Under the pieces are notes generated by a model. That model had not been told where the DNA came from. It was given only the letters and a program-made list of their open reading frames with translations, and did no database searches. Positions 1 through 11,167 of a DNA stretch of 45,613 bases are shown here, in pieces (position 1 is the first letter of the stretch; the number at the start of each line of letters is the position of its first letter). The translations under genes were made by a program, and so were the position numbers. The DNA is from Tilletiaria anomala UBC 951 (taxonomy: Eukaryota): NCBI RefSeq assembly GCF_000711695.1, contig NW_013547015.1:248001-293613 (forward strand). The letters run 5' to 3'.

Positions 1-74
1 ACTGGTGGGTAGCACTTCATGATGACGAGATGACTCGAGTCTAGCTCGGTACAGCATACAAGCTTCTGACTGGG

Positions 75-1770
75 ATGCCCACAGGCGATGGAGCTTGGCG
101 ATCATCAGGGTTGAGGGAACGGCAAAACCCTCCGAACCAGCTCAGCATGCCTGACCGGACCCCCGATGCGGGGCCTTCCCGACTCCCAGAGCGTGCTCAA
201 CGATCAGTAGCTCCAATGTCAATGTCGAACCCATCCTCTTCTCGTCCATACCATCCGCAGAGCAGGTTCTCGTTTCCATGGGCAGCGCAACCCGAAATCG
301 TCCGAGCGTACCAAAAGGACGCATACTACCGCGACCTCTTCGTCGACCAGTTCAAGGATGTCGTACGGACCACACTCGGCGTTCGCGTGCTACACGCTAA
401 CTCGGAAATCATCGCTGTGATCGGTGGTGTTGCATACCTTGCATTATGCGCACTTAATGGAGCGCAGACGCTCGGAGAGGAGTATGTCAATGCCATGATG
501 GTTGATGGGAAAACTGGGCGAATAGCGAGGGGCAAGGTGAGTAGCTCTGATCTTCCCCTTCAACATGAGCTGTGTATTCACAAGTTCTTTGCACAATCTG
601 GTTATGCATCTCACAGCGACGAGTCATTTTCATCTTTGCACACGCCCTTCTGCCGTACCTGGTAGCAAAAGCGTACGCCAGCGCACGGCGCTTCGTTGTG
701 GGTTCTGACCAGGCGAGGCAGCAAGCGCTCGAGCGAGCTCGGTTGCGCGCACGAGCGATGCTATCAGCCTCACAGCGGGGGAATCCGGACGCCGTTCAGA
801 TCAGACCGGCTGTCACGGATCGCATCATGACATCTATTGCGAAACATCTTCCTGCTCTGGAGAGCTTTACAGCATCCGACAGCTGGCTGGCGTACTTTGG
901 AGCAGCCCATCTCGCGATCTTCTACCTAGCGGGGAGGTATTACAGCATTGCGCAGCGCCTTTCAGATGTTCGCTATGTGAGTTCTCGACGGGGTTCTTGA
1001 ATCTTTGGCAGTGCCTTCCTGAAAAGCTCAGCTCGCCATCCTTAGATCTCTACAGTCGCACAGCGGCCGAACCAGCGTCCGCCATCTTACGAAGTGCTCG
1101 GCGTACTGCTTGGCATCCAAATCGGTGTCAAAGCCCTGCTCGGTTTGAATCGATATCGGCGAGAACGGAGGAAAGCTCGAGAAGCTGTCACAGCGGCAGC
1201 GCGCGCTGCCGCAGGGCTTGAGGCGGAAAAGGAAGGCGGAGGGGCCAAGGGCAGATCCGCTCGGGAGAAGGAAGTAGTGGTGATCGATGGCGTGCGCTGG
1301 ACGCATCGCAGCTCGCCTGCCGCCCCTGCGGACTCTGATGCAGTAGTAGCATCGCAGGGACCTACAGCGCCACTAGCCTATGCTGATCCAGATGCAGTCA
1401 TCTCCCCCGCGGAACTCGGCCTACCGGCGAGCGCATCGCGCCAGGACATTGAGACTGCGCGCGCGGCGGCAAAGGCGCGTGCGATTGAGCTCGAGGGGAT
1501 CGCGCAGACTGTACTAAAGTGCACGCTTTGCATGGAGCAGCGTACGCCCGAGAATGGCAGCAGCGCCGTCACGGAATGCGGGCACATCTTTTGCTGGGAC
1601 TGCCTCAGTGGCTGGGCACGTGAAAAGGTGTGTACAGTCTACTCCGTTCTTGCAGACACACGCCCAGAAAGAGAATGCTGACTGTGCTCTCGATTGCGCG
1701 CAAGCCTGAATGTCCACTGTGCAGGCAGTCAATAAGTCTTCATCGTTTGCTTCCTATATACAACTTTTGA
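75..1770 (+). CDS. PEX10: Peroxisome biogenesis RING E3 ligase Pex10. Exons 75-536, 617-976, 1046-1627, 1705-1770; ~489 aa; start could instead be ATG 147 or 216
   Basis: Pex2/Pex12 N-terminal domain motifs (FPWAAQPEIVRAYQKDAYY, QTLGEEYV, AHLAIFYLAGRYYSIAQRL) and a C3HC4 RING (CTLC..CGHIFCWDC..ECPLCRQ) completed across the last GT-AG intron. Confidence 0.93.
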
Positions 1771-3049
1771 CACAGGCATTATGTTCCAAAGCTTCTCCAT
1801 TTGCATGCATTAACCCTTGCCACGGACGAGCTAAGTGGTTCATCTTTTAGGGTCGAATCCGGTCGATGACGACGCATCAATGCGAACGAATGTGCGGGAA
1901 AGAACCCCCAGCAAGCAGGCACATCACCTGTCACATGACCGGCTTATCCCACCCACGAGAACCAACGGTTCCGACAACCAACACACATTACTGTGTATGC
2001 CTAGACAGCAGGTAACGTTCATGTGTCCATGGTGATGCGGTGAGGAAGGCGTGTTGTTTGGATGAGGCCTGTGACAATAAAAATATCGAGCGAGGGCTGG
2101 CCGCCCTCGACGGTGCTGCGAAATGCCAAAGTAGTGAAGTCTCTATAATACCTGCGGCCAGAATTATATACATTGGCTCGCACTATTTTGCCGGTTTGCA
2201 TGGCTTCATGCCTTGCGTCCAACCCACCACCACCACAGCAGGCCCAGCCCACCTAGGGCCTGGCGGTGATGGGACGGTGGTTGTTCATCGCCAAATAGCA
2301 AAAGTGCGGAGAAGTCTCGGCCGGGAAGGTTTGAGGTTAATGGTGAATTAGATGAGATGCCGTAGCAGCAGCATCAGCCGATTGCGAGTCTCATCCTCTT
2401 TTCCGGTGCACCGACTGCGATTCCCGTTTGTTCCGCAGATGGCACGTTTGGCGTTATCTCGCTCGCGGCTCGCCTGTGTAAAAGAGGGGCGAATGGCCGT
2501 GAACCGCAAAGCTCCGTTGGTCCCTTCCCCCGTTGCTTCGCCCCATGCCAATCGCTTCTCGTCATCACTGGCTCTTGCAACAAAGCACAACTTGTACCCT
2601 TTGCGCAATCAATGGCTCTCCTCGCCAAGAGGTCATTAAGCCAAGCAAGCTTTTTTTGTCGACCACTTCGTCATCAGGTGAGTGCAGGGCGTGGGATCCT
2701 GCTCTCTGCCATTGCCACGGCATTTGCTGGGGGGATCATTCCCTGCTGGACGCACACTGACCTCACTCTTGCTCGTTCGAACTTCGGGCTCGTTCCGCCT
2801 TCCCTTCATCTCACACGCATTTTGTCCATGAACCATCCTTTACAACCACTCTATCTTTGATTATCTTTCATCCCTCGACACGCCATCCTTTCGCCTCTGC
2901 CTCCTTTGCACTTGCGTCGGACGGCGACTATGCCCATCTTACGTTCCTATTTGACGGCGGCCATTACTCTCACCTTTTCTCTACTCACTGCTTAACCCAC
3001 GACCGCTCCTCACTGCTACCACTGTCATTACTAACAACACGATACAATC

Positions 3050-4650
3050 ATGGCACCCTCGCATCTCGACACAAACGCGGATCATGGTGATACACAACGT
3101 CGCTCTTGTCCCATTTCGAATGCTGTTCAACCTGCGCCGCTGACCCTTCCCATTTCCGGCGAACCGACGCACCCCTCCCCCTCTGCTTCGACCCCGACAT
3201 TGCCTGGTGCATCTGGCCCACCGACCGCTCGGGTACATCAACTTACCCAGCATCTCAATACTACATCAGCTAGGAGACTCCCCAGCACGTTCAGGCAGAA
3301 CTCCATAATGGCGGCCACCGGAACATTTAAGCAGGCATCGCACAAGCTGCTCGTCATCCCTGGGCCCATCGAGGTCGCAGATGACGTGCTGCTCGCGAAT
3401 GCGCACCCGTCCATGTCTCATGTCAGCCCGGACTTTGTCCCCGTGTTTGGCGACTGCATTCGCATGCTCCGCGCCCTCCTCTTTGCGCCCAGCGCCCAGC
3501 CGTTCATCACCGCTGGCAGCGGCACGCTCGGCTGGGATCACGTCGCGGCCAACGTGACGCAGCCGGGCGACGAGGTGCTCCTGCTCAACTCGGGCTACTT
3601 TGGCGACAGCTTTGCAGAGTGCTTTGAAACCTACGGCGTCAAGGTTGACCAAATCAAGGCGCCCATCGGTCAGAAGCCTTCCTTGGAGCAGGTCGAGAGT
3701 GCGCTCAAGCAGAAGAAATACAAGGTCCTCACTTTTACTCATGTCGACACCTCCACCGGCGTGCTGTCTGACGCGAAAGGGTGCGTCACCCGTTCTATGC
3801 GTTTTAGGGAGACAGGCAATGACTGACGTTTAACGTCTCCTCACTTGTTGATGACAGTCTGGGGGAGCTCGTCAAGCGGGTTTCTCCAGAAACGATTCTC
3901 GTCTTGGATGGCGTGTGCTCGGTCGGCTCCGAGGAGATCCGACAAGACGAGTGGGGTATCGATGTTGTGCTGACAGCGTCTCAGAAGGGCATCGGTTGCC
4001 CACCGGGTCTGATGATCCTCTCGGCCTCAAAGAAGGCGATCGCAGCGTACGAGAACCGCACTGTCCCGCCGACAAGCTACTTTGCCTCCTGGTCCAAGTG
4101 GCTGCCGGTCATGAAAGCGTACGAGGCCGGCACGGGCGCGTACTTTGCAACGCCGCCGACGAACTTAATCTACGCGCTGCACCAGTCGCTCACCACGATC
4201 ACGACCAAGTCGCCATCGCTCGAGGAGCGCTTCAAGATCCACATTGCTGCGTCGGATCGCGTCAAGAACTTTGTCAAGAACGAGCTCGGCCTCGAGCAGC
4301 TCGTCGCTGATAGCATCAAGGACGGTGCGCATGGCATGACCGCTGTCAAGTACCCGACTGGCTTCAAGGCGCAGGACATCCTGCCAAAGATGGTCGCAAA
4401 GAACGTCGTCTTTGCTGCTGGGTTGCACAAGGAGGTCAAGGACACGTACTTCCGCATCGGACACATGGGTATCACAGCTGTCGAGGAGCAGGTGCGTCCG
4501 TCGGCAGTCAGGACATTCCATGCTCCCACATTGGCGACCTTGGCTGACTCTGGTGTGCTTGAGTCTTTCTTTGTGCAGTCTCGCGGCGACATCGACCACT
4601 TGCTCAAATCACTCAAGGAGGTGCTTCAAGACGGAGGTCACAATAAGTGA
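3050..4650 (+). CDS. AGX1: Alanine-glyoxylate aminotransferase (class V PLP enzyme). Exons 3050-3780, 3858-4491, 4579-4650; 478 aa from ATG 3050, 392 aa from ATG 3308
   Basis: LLVIPGPIE, GSGTLGWD, THVDTSTGVL, DGVCSVG, TASQKG (PLP lysine) and YFRIGHMG motifs; two canonical introns restore the frame. Confidence 0.92.
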
Positions 4651-5349
4651 AAAGCTTCGGCAAACGATAGATTCGTAGGAGTATGTACTTTCTCTACAGA
4701 TAGGCATGATGATCCATTGGCATATGCAGCAGCGGCATGCGATCTTGCTGGTCTACACTTTCCGGGAAGGGGATATCTCCGCGGAGAGCTGGGGCCCACA
4801 CCTTGCGCAAATTTTCGAAAAGCTCTGCTAAAGAGTGTCATGCCAGCCCAGGACGGCAAGATTGATATTAAACGCCGACAGTTCTCGATTCGACCGCAGA
4901 CGAATGCTGCTCTCTCCCATAGAACTCGTCACATAATGGCGATGAACTGTTTGCTCGCTAAGCAGCCTTGCAATGTGCCAATCGGGGATGGGAATGAAGA
5001 GATACACGATCATGGCGCGCGGGTACCAGTCTTGTAGCAGATTTGCAGTGGCTGACGAGCGCACCAAGAAAGTAGTCACTTTTGCGCATGTGGGAGAAGG
5101 GTGGACCGTGCGCGATTGATGCGCTCCTAGTGCTCAACAACGAAGACCCTGTGCGAGTCGAATGAAACACTTGGTCGTGTCAGTAAGGGGAACAGATTTA
5201 CCCCTTGTTGCTTGCGCTACAGACCATCTCGGCGGACGTATCGCTTCATCTCCTGGATGTCCCTATTCTATTTCGGATGCCACGGCCGAAACCTGCTGCG
5301 AAAACCAATTCTTCCCTGATTCTGATCTGAGCGTGCGGGGTACGATACG

Positions 5350-6259
5350 ATGTCGCAAGCTATTAACGACGACGAGCTCAGGCCTACTCGTGAGTGATTA
5401 GTGATGGCTTGATTGGTCCTCGTAGGCTACAGGGCTTAATCGAACATCGCAACGCGCGGCGCATCCCTCCCCTGAATGGCCTTTGCCAGGAGTTGTAGCT
5501 GACTTCACACTGTCTGTCCTCGCATACTTCCTCTTGGATCTCGGCACGCAGAAACCGAGGGCTTCAAGGTCGGAGAAAAGAAGACGCTTGATGAGTACAA
5601 CCAGCTCGATGCGAACGATGAGTCGCTGCAGCGCTGGAAGGCCTTATTAGGCATTGCGCCGAACGCCGCGGCGGCCACGGGGCCAAAGCTGGTCATCCAC
5701 TCGCTCTCGATGGAGAGCAGCAGCGCGCCAGGGGGCAAAGTCAGCATCAAGCTGGACGGGTCCCAAGACGAGCTGGAGGCGCTCAAGAAGAACCCGCTGA
5801 TCGTAAAGGAGGGCGTCGACTACAATATCGCCATTAGCTTCTCGGTCGGGTCAGATGTGCTCTCAGGGCTCAAGTATCTCCACGTCGTCAAGAGGACCGG
5901 GGTCACAGTCGACAAGCTGGAGGAGATGATCGGCAGCTACGGGCCACGTCCAGAGTGCGTTCTCTAGAATTTCAGGTGATAGCCGTGCTAGACGCTGAAT
6001 CTCATCCGATCGACTCCCCATGTACAGACCTTACACCAAGCGGTTCATCACGGAAGAAGCACCGAGCGGCATGCTCGCGCGAAGTGGGACCAATGTAGTT
6101 CGGACGAGGATCATTGATGACGACGGGACGGTCTACACCGACTTTACTTGGAGCTTCAAGGTGAGATTCGTAATGATGCGGTTGGGTTCCGTGGAACGAC
6201 GCGTCTCGATGTTGACACCGCCTTTGCCCTCACCACAGCTCGCAAAGGACTGGGCGTAG
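5350..6259 (+). CDS. RDI1: Rho GDP-dissociation inhibitor. Exons 5350-5389, 5552-5954, 6028-6160, 6239-6259; 198 aa
   Basis: EGFKVGEKKTLDEYNQLDANDESLQRWK, IVKEG, LSGLKY, EMIGSYGP, EEAPSGMLAR and terminal LAKDWA. Confidence 0.93.
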
Positions 6260-7408
6260 TGTGCATCCTGCCTTCGTTGACCAACATCCGTGCTTGCAAG
6301 CAGCTTCAATGGGTCTCCAGCCACATTTCCCTCTTTTCCTCCCCACTTACAGATCGTTCACATCCATCAACTCAGCATCGCGCCGGCCGCAGGCTGCCGG
6401 CCGCAAGGGCGAGGCAGTCCGTCGCTTCGGAGGCCCCAGGCAGCATCCGGGGTCCGCGTTCCAGCCAGACATCATGTACCAAAGCATCCTCATCGCCATC
6501 AGCCTTGAATTTCATTCGGCATATTATACACATCCATTCGTCCAGTTGTGGCAGTTGCAACGTAGCAGTTGCGGCCTTCACACCCTGCGGGCAGAAGTCT
6601 GTCAGAAGATGAGCCTGTTCACTTTTTCTCTGCGGCCGTCAGTCTGTCCGTGCAAGTGCACGTTGCTTCGCGCGCCCGCCTGATCCCGTCGAAACCCTTA
6701 AATTCGGTAGGTCTGGTATTCTATTGACCTGTCTTCGGGGATGGTCTGGGGATTGTGCGTGGTGCGGCATGGCGAGTGGTGCCTTCGGCTTTTGGAGTTT
6801 GGTTCATCAGCCCTGAAACTACCTTACGACGAGACTGCCGGCCAAGAGCTGATCGATCCTCAATTGTTAGTTCCTTGATTGAGCCCTGTCGCCTGTCCCA
6901 TGTGGCCCGGCTGGAGCGATGTGGCGCTGGAGCAGTGTGCACTCAATCTTCTCGATCCTGACGCACCATCGCGCATTTTCGGCCGCGACCATTGCAGGGC
7001 ACTGTGAAGCACTTGTGCGGCCCACCGGCGCGGGTGCAGCCTTGGCAGTGGCGGCAGCAGCCAGCATCGTGATGAGCGCGGCGAGGCTACAGTACCACAC
7101 ATTGGATTGACCTGGGTATCGGCCTATGCTACAACATATCGACAACATCGCATCCAACGACGTTTGCATTGCACATTGTATAGCGCAGGTAAGGGGTGTT
7201 GGAGGAGGTGCTTTGGATGCCATACGAGGAAGGCTGGGTGTGGGAACCTAGAATGGCAGAAAAAGCCTGCCGCGTGCGAACGAGAGGCGGAAGTCACCTC
7301 AGCTGCCAGGAGAAAAAACGAAAAGAAAGTGCAGCGCGCAGGAGAAGAGTTGAGTGACTAAAGAAAATCGCAGCAAGAGGGAAAGAGAGAGACTGTGAGA
7401 TGCCTGAG

Positions 7409-7747
7409 TGCGTCATCCAAGACGTCATCCCCACCCGGAACCATCATTTTCACTCTCTCCCTCATACACACCATCCACCTCAACCCCGCCCACTCTCTGT
7501 TGGACACATTGAAACACGGCGCACAGCGCACTGGCGCACAAGGTCGCCGACGTTGGAGTGGAAAAAGATATTCCCCACCCCCCTTCAGCTTTCGTCATTA
7601 GCGTATTGCAGTTGGGAGAAGAAGTAGGTGGTGGGAACCGGGAACCGCCGACATCCATTCGACGAAAGTGATCTGCTTTCAAGCCTTGACGCGACCTCGC
7701 TTCGCTTGGAGCCAAGCAAAGCATCCAAAATGCCCGCTGGTGAGTCA
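7409..7747. promoter_or_regulatory. Cluster of CRE/AP-1-like bZIP sites upstream of the atf1-like gene
   Basis: ATGACGCA (7409-7416, minus), ATGACGT (7422-7428, minus), ATGACG (7593-7598, minus), TGACG (7687-7691) and TGAGTCA (7741-7747). Confidence 0.45.
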
Positions 7748-7916
7748 CATGAATGGGATGCGACTCTCAGCATGGCAAGGGGAAGCTGGGCATGACCAAA
7801 GTCACTGCAAAGCCTGGACGGAGCTTTCAGTCCGGCAGAGGGAAAGCATGCATAATGCGTCCACAATCATTCCCGCACCGTGCGAGTCGATTGCTTGTCG
7901 AGGGCATCCGTGTTGG

Positions 7917-10311
7917 ATGGTTGACCTGCCGACACTGTGTATGCTCACTACTCTCTGTGTAATACGTTGAGAGTGTATGCTGTTGTAGAGGTCCGGCCGA
8001 ACGCTGACATGTAAATTGATACTTGCGAATTGCGCTCGAACTGCCAGCCGCCACCCATCAGGCACCTGCGCTGAGCCGCCAACGCTCTTCACGCCTGGAG
8101 CTTGAGCCGAATCCATTCGAAGCCTCCTTCAAGTCACCCGAAGGAGACGGCTTGGACGGGGGCGTGGGTAAAAGCGCCGAGACATCAAGTACGTCGCCAT
8201 CGAAGGGCAAGCGGGCAGGAGCCCCGTCGACCACACGCACGCGCAGTAGCGCTCGCAATGCTGCTGCTGCCAAGGCGAAGGAGGACACCGGAAACGCAGC
8301 AGATGAAGCACCGAACAATAGCAAAGGGTCTGTTCCTTCGACCCAGGTGAGCGCCGCCGCCGCCAGCATAAACGGCAAGGCGGCTATTGGTGGCAGCACA
8401 CTTCCCGGCGTCGCCACTCTCACCTCTCCATCTGGCGACGCAGCAAGCCCGTTCAACTGGATCAACGGTTCACTTCGCACAGGCCCGTTGAGCCCTGCAA
8501 TGCTCGGAGGCCCATCTGCATCTGCACAAGGATTCGACCCGAGCGCCTTCCGCACCGGCTTCACACCGGATCTGTCCAACTACAAAACGGGCTTGACGCC
8601 ACTCGGTGGTATCTCATTCCAGCCGCCCAGCCCGAACACGGCCGCGTTCCTGGCGATAGTCAGCAACGGAAGCAATGGGGTGGCGGTCCCGGGCAACGGA
8701 GGATCGGCGGCGATGACCCCCAACACACTCAATGCGCTCGCTGCGAGCGCACCCGGGCTCGCAGACACCACGGCACCTAGCACCATGGGTCCGCCAGGGA
8801 CATCTGTCGTGGGGCAGTTCAACAGCCATGCTCGCGCGGACATTGTCCCTCAGCCATTCGACTATGCCTTCTCACGGAGCATTCATGACAAGCCTACCAG
8901 CCGGCTGCGCTCTTCGACGACGCATGAGGACGATGGGAGTCACAGCGTCAGCCCGGAGATGATCAACAAGTCACTCGGCGCGGAGGCCACGGGCACTCGT
9001 GGCGCCATCGGCCACCGATCCGATGGCAGTCTCATGAACCCGAACCGTGCCGGCAACGCCCAGGGTAGGTCAGGGCAAGGCGTCCAGGGCCAAGGCCCAG
9101 GGGGTCCAGGTGAACCTGGCGCCGACCACGGCGCTGCGTCAGGCTTGTTCTTGCTCTCCCAAGCGCAGCAAGAGCTCAGCAAACGCGAAGATGCTGATGC
9201 GGCCGCGCATGCCGCGGCCCAGGCGCTCACAGGAATCCCGCGAAGGCAGGCTCCTCCGCAGCCGCCACAGCACCACCAACAACAGCAGCAGAAGCAGCAG
9301 CCGCAACATGCCCATATGGGGCATCAGCGGCCACTCCACCCTGCAGCGGTAGCCATGTACACGAACGGCATGGTCGCCCCGGCAGGCACGACGCAGACGA
9401 GCAAGGGCGCCGGCGGCAAAAGCGCGAACAAGCGCAAGAAAGCCAATGATGATGAGGGCGGGAAGCCAGGTGGAAAGAGCGGAAAAGCTGGCGCTGGGGC
9501 CGATGCAGCCACCGTCCCTGCTGGTGGTAAAGGGAGCAAAAAGCTGAAAAGCGACAGCGGCGGAGCGCTGGTAAACAGCAGCGCAGCGAACGCGGCGCAT
9601 TCCAAGGCGGGAAGCAGCGAGGCTGCGAGTGATGATGACATGGACGATGGCGACTCGAAGAATGAACAGGATTTGGACGAGGACGAAAAGCGACGGAATT
9701 TCCTAGAGAGGAACCGGCAGGGTGAGTCTCGACTCGTTGCATGTTACCATGTGTTTCCAGAAACACAGGCTGAATCTGGACTCCCGCATGCTACATTTGC
9801 AGCCGCCCTCAAGTGCCGGCAGAGGAAGAAAGCGTGGCTGCAGTCTCTGCAGGCCAAAGTCGAGTTCCTCACTCAGGACAATGAGAGCCTGCAGAACACG
9901 GTCGGTGCGTTGCGCAACGAGATCGTCTATCTCAAGACGCAGCTCATGCACGCCAATGCGCAGATGCTCTCCGTCGCGTCTGCGACGCAGGCAAACGGGC
10001 CCGCGCCGGCTGTCGCGGACGTCGTAGCGGGGAGGGGCCCGGTGCCGCCCGTAGCAGGAGCAGTATCAGAAGCAGCAGGAGCAGTAGTAGCCACAGGAGC
10101 AGGTGGGCACGGAAGACCGGGCAGGGCGCACCCGTCTGCGAGCGGGGTACCAGGAGCTGGCCCATCTGGCGCCGTGCATGCAGACTCGGCCGGCGGCGGT
10201 GGTGCAACAGGCACAACCATGCCACCCGGTCTACAAGGCAGCGTCGCGGGGCTACCGCCTGCTAATCCGCCGACATTTGAGCAGAGCACCGTGCAGCGCA
10301 CCGGGAGCTAG
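7917..10311 (+). CDS. atf1: Atf1/AtfA-type bZIP transcription factor. Exons 7917-7938 (tentative), 8048-9721, 9803-10311; ~734 aa
   Basis: Aft1 OSA motif RLELEPNPFEASF, HRA/HRR-like LRTGPLSPAML and FRTGFTP/TGLTP motifs, and bZIP EKRRNFLERNRQ|AALKCRQRKKAWLQSLQAKVEFL. The first coding exon is uncertain; it was inferred from phase match to the acceptor at 8047. Confidence 0.88.
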
Positions 10312-11167
10312 CCACAGCGCAACGAAGCGCCTGTGCCTCACTGTTACCCTCACCCTCCTTCTCGACTACCGCACCGCGCCATTCGCATTGCTTGCTTTAC
10401 GCGCCTTCCACTTGTCTTTTATCGCATCTCTCTTTTCCGATCCCCGGTCCCGCCCCACTGTGCACGGTTTGCCTTCGCGTCTCGGCTCGGCTCGACATGG
10501 CTCGTTCATGCATCAGTGATGCAGCTGGTGATGAAAAGATACGATGGTTGCCCTGCTTTTGCGTCTACGCTTTCTTTTTTGCTGCATGTAGCTTATGTTG
10601 TGTAGTAAATACTCTCGTATGAACATTCATCATTCCCCGCGCGCCCGCATGCGCCCTTGCACAGAACAGCCTCTGCCTGCCAAGAGTCATTTTCACTGTG
10701 TGCCTCGGTCTGTTGCCTGTTCGAAGGACGTATGATTTTGAGGCAGCACGCCATCGTTGCAGTTCGTACTAGAGGAGGATCTTCACACGCGTAGGACCTC
10801 TCACGTTATCCAGCCTCACACGGTGAGCATGGGCTGGCAGCAGAGCACGGAGGTACCATCAGCTGCAGGCAGAATCAATGGAAAGTTGTCAGACTCGCCA
10901 GCTTGGATGCTTCGTGCTGAAGGCGGAGCTGCTGTGAAGCGTGACGAACACGAGGTGGTTGTATGCAACGAAAAGTTTGGTTCAAGCTGTGCCGCGAGGC
11001 ACTGCGCCAGTCTTTGTCGAACTTCTCCACCATCCCCATCTTCTCTTTCAGCACACCTTGTCTTGCTTTTCACCATCATCCTCCGGGGTCGGACAGAAAA
11101 GAAACGCAGGCGGCGACGGAAGGCAGCCCGCCCAGCCATTCCAGCAGCGAGCACAGCGTCGGCAACG

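Noticed and set aside
19..69. ATGATGA ... CTGA resembling a box C/D snoRNA
   Set aside because: Only ~50 nt apart, no terminal stem, no rRNA-complementary guide that I can recognise, and it sits at the window edge
1771..3049. Short ORFs between PEX10 and AGT
   Set aside because: No domain, no coding-like composition and no consistent splice model; probably UTR and promoter
4648..4680. Stop-codon readthrough to a cryptic PTS1 (TGA-CTA type) at AGT and other genes
   Set aside because: None of the stop codons I checked has TGA-CTA context, and the AGT and MET17 alternative frames do not end in an SKL-like tripeptide
10757..11167. 137-codon in-frame upstream extension of the Zn2Cys6 ORF
   Set aside because: Starts at TTG and spans a pyrimidine-rich leader-like tract; ATG 11168 is a better start
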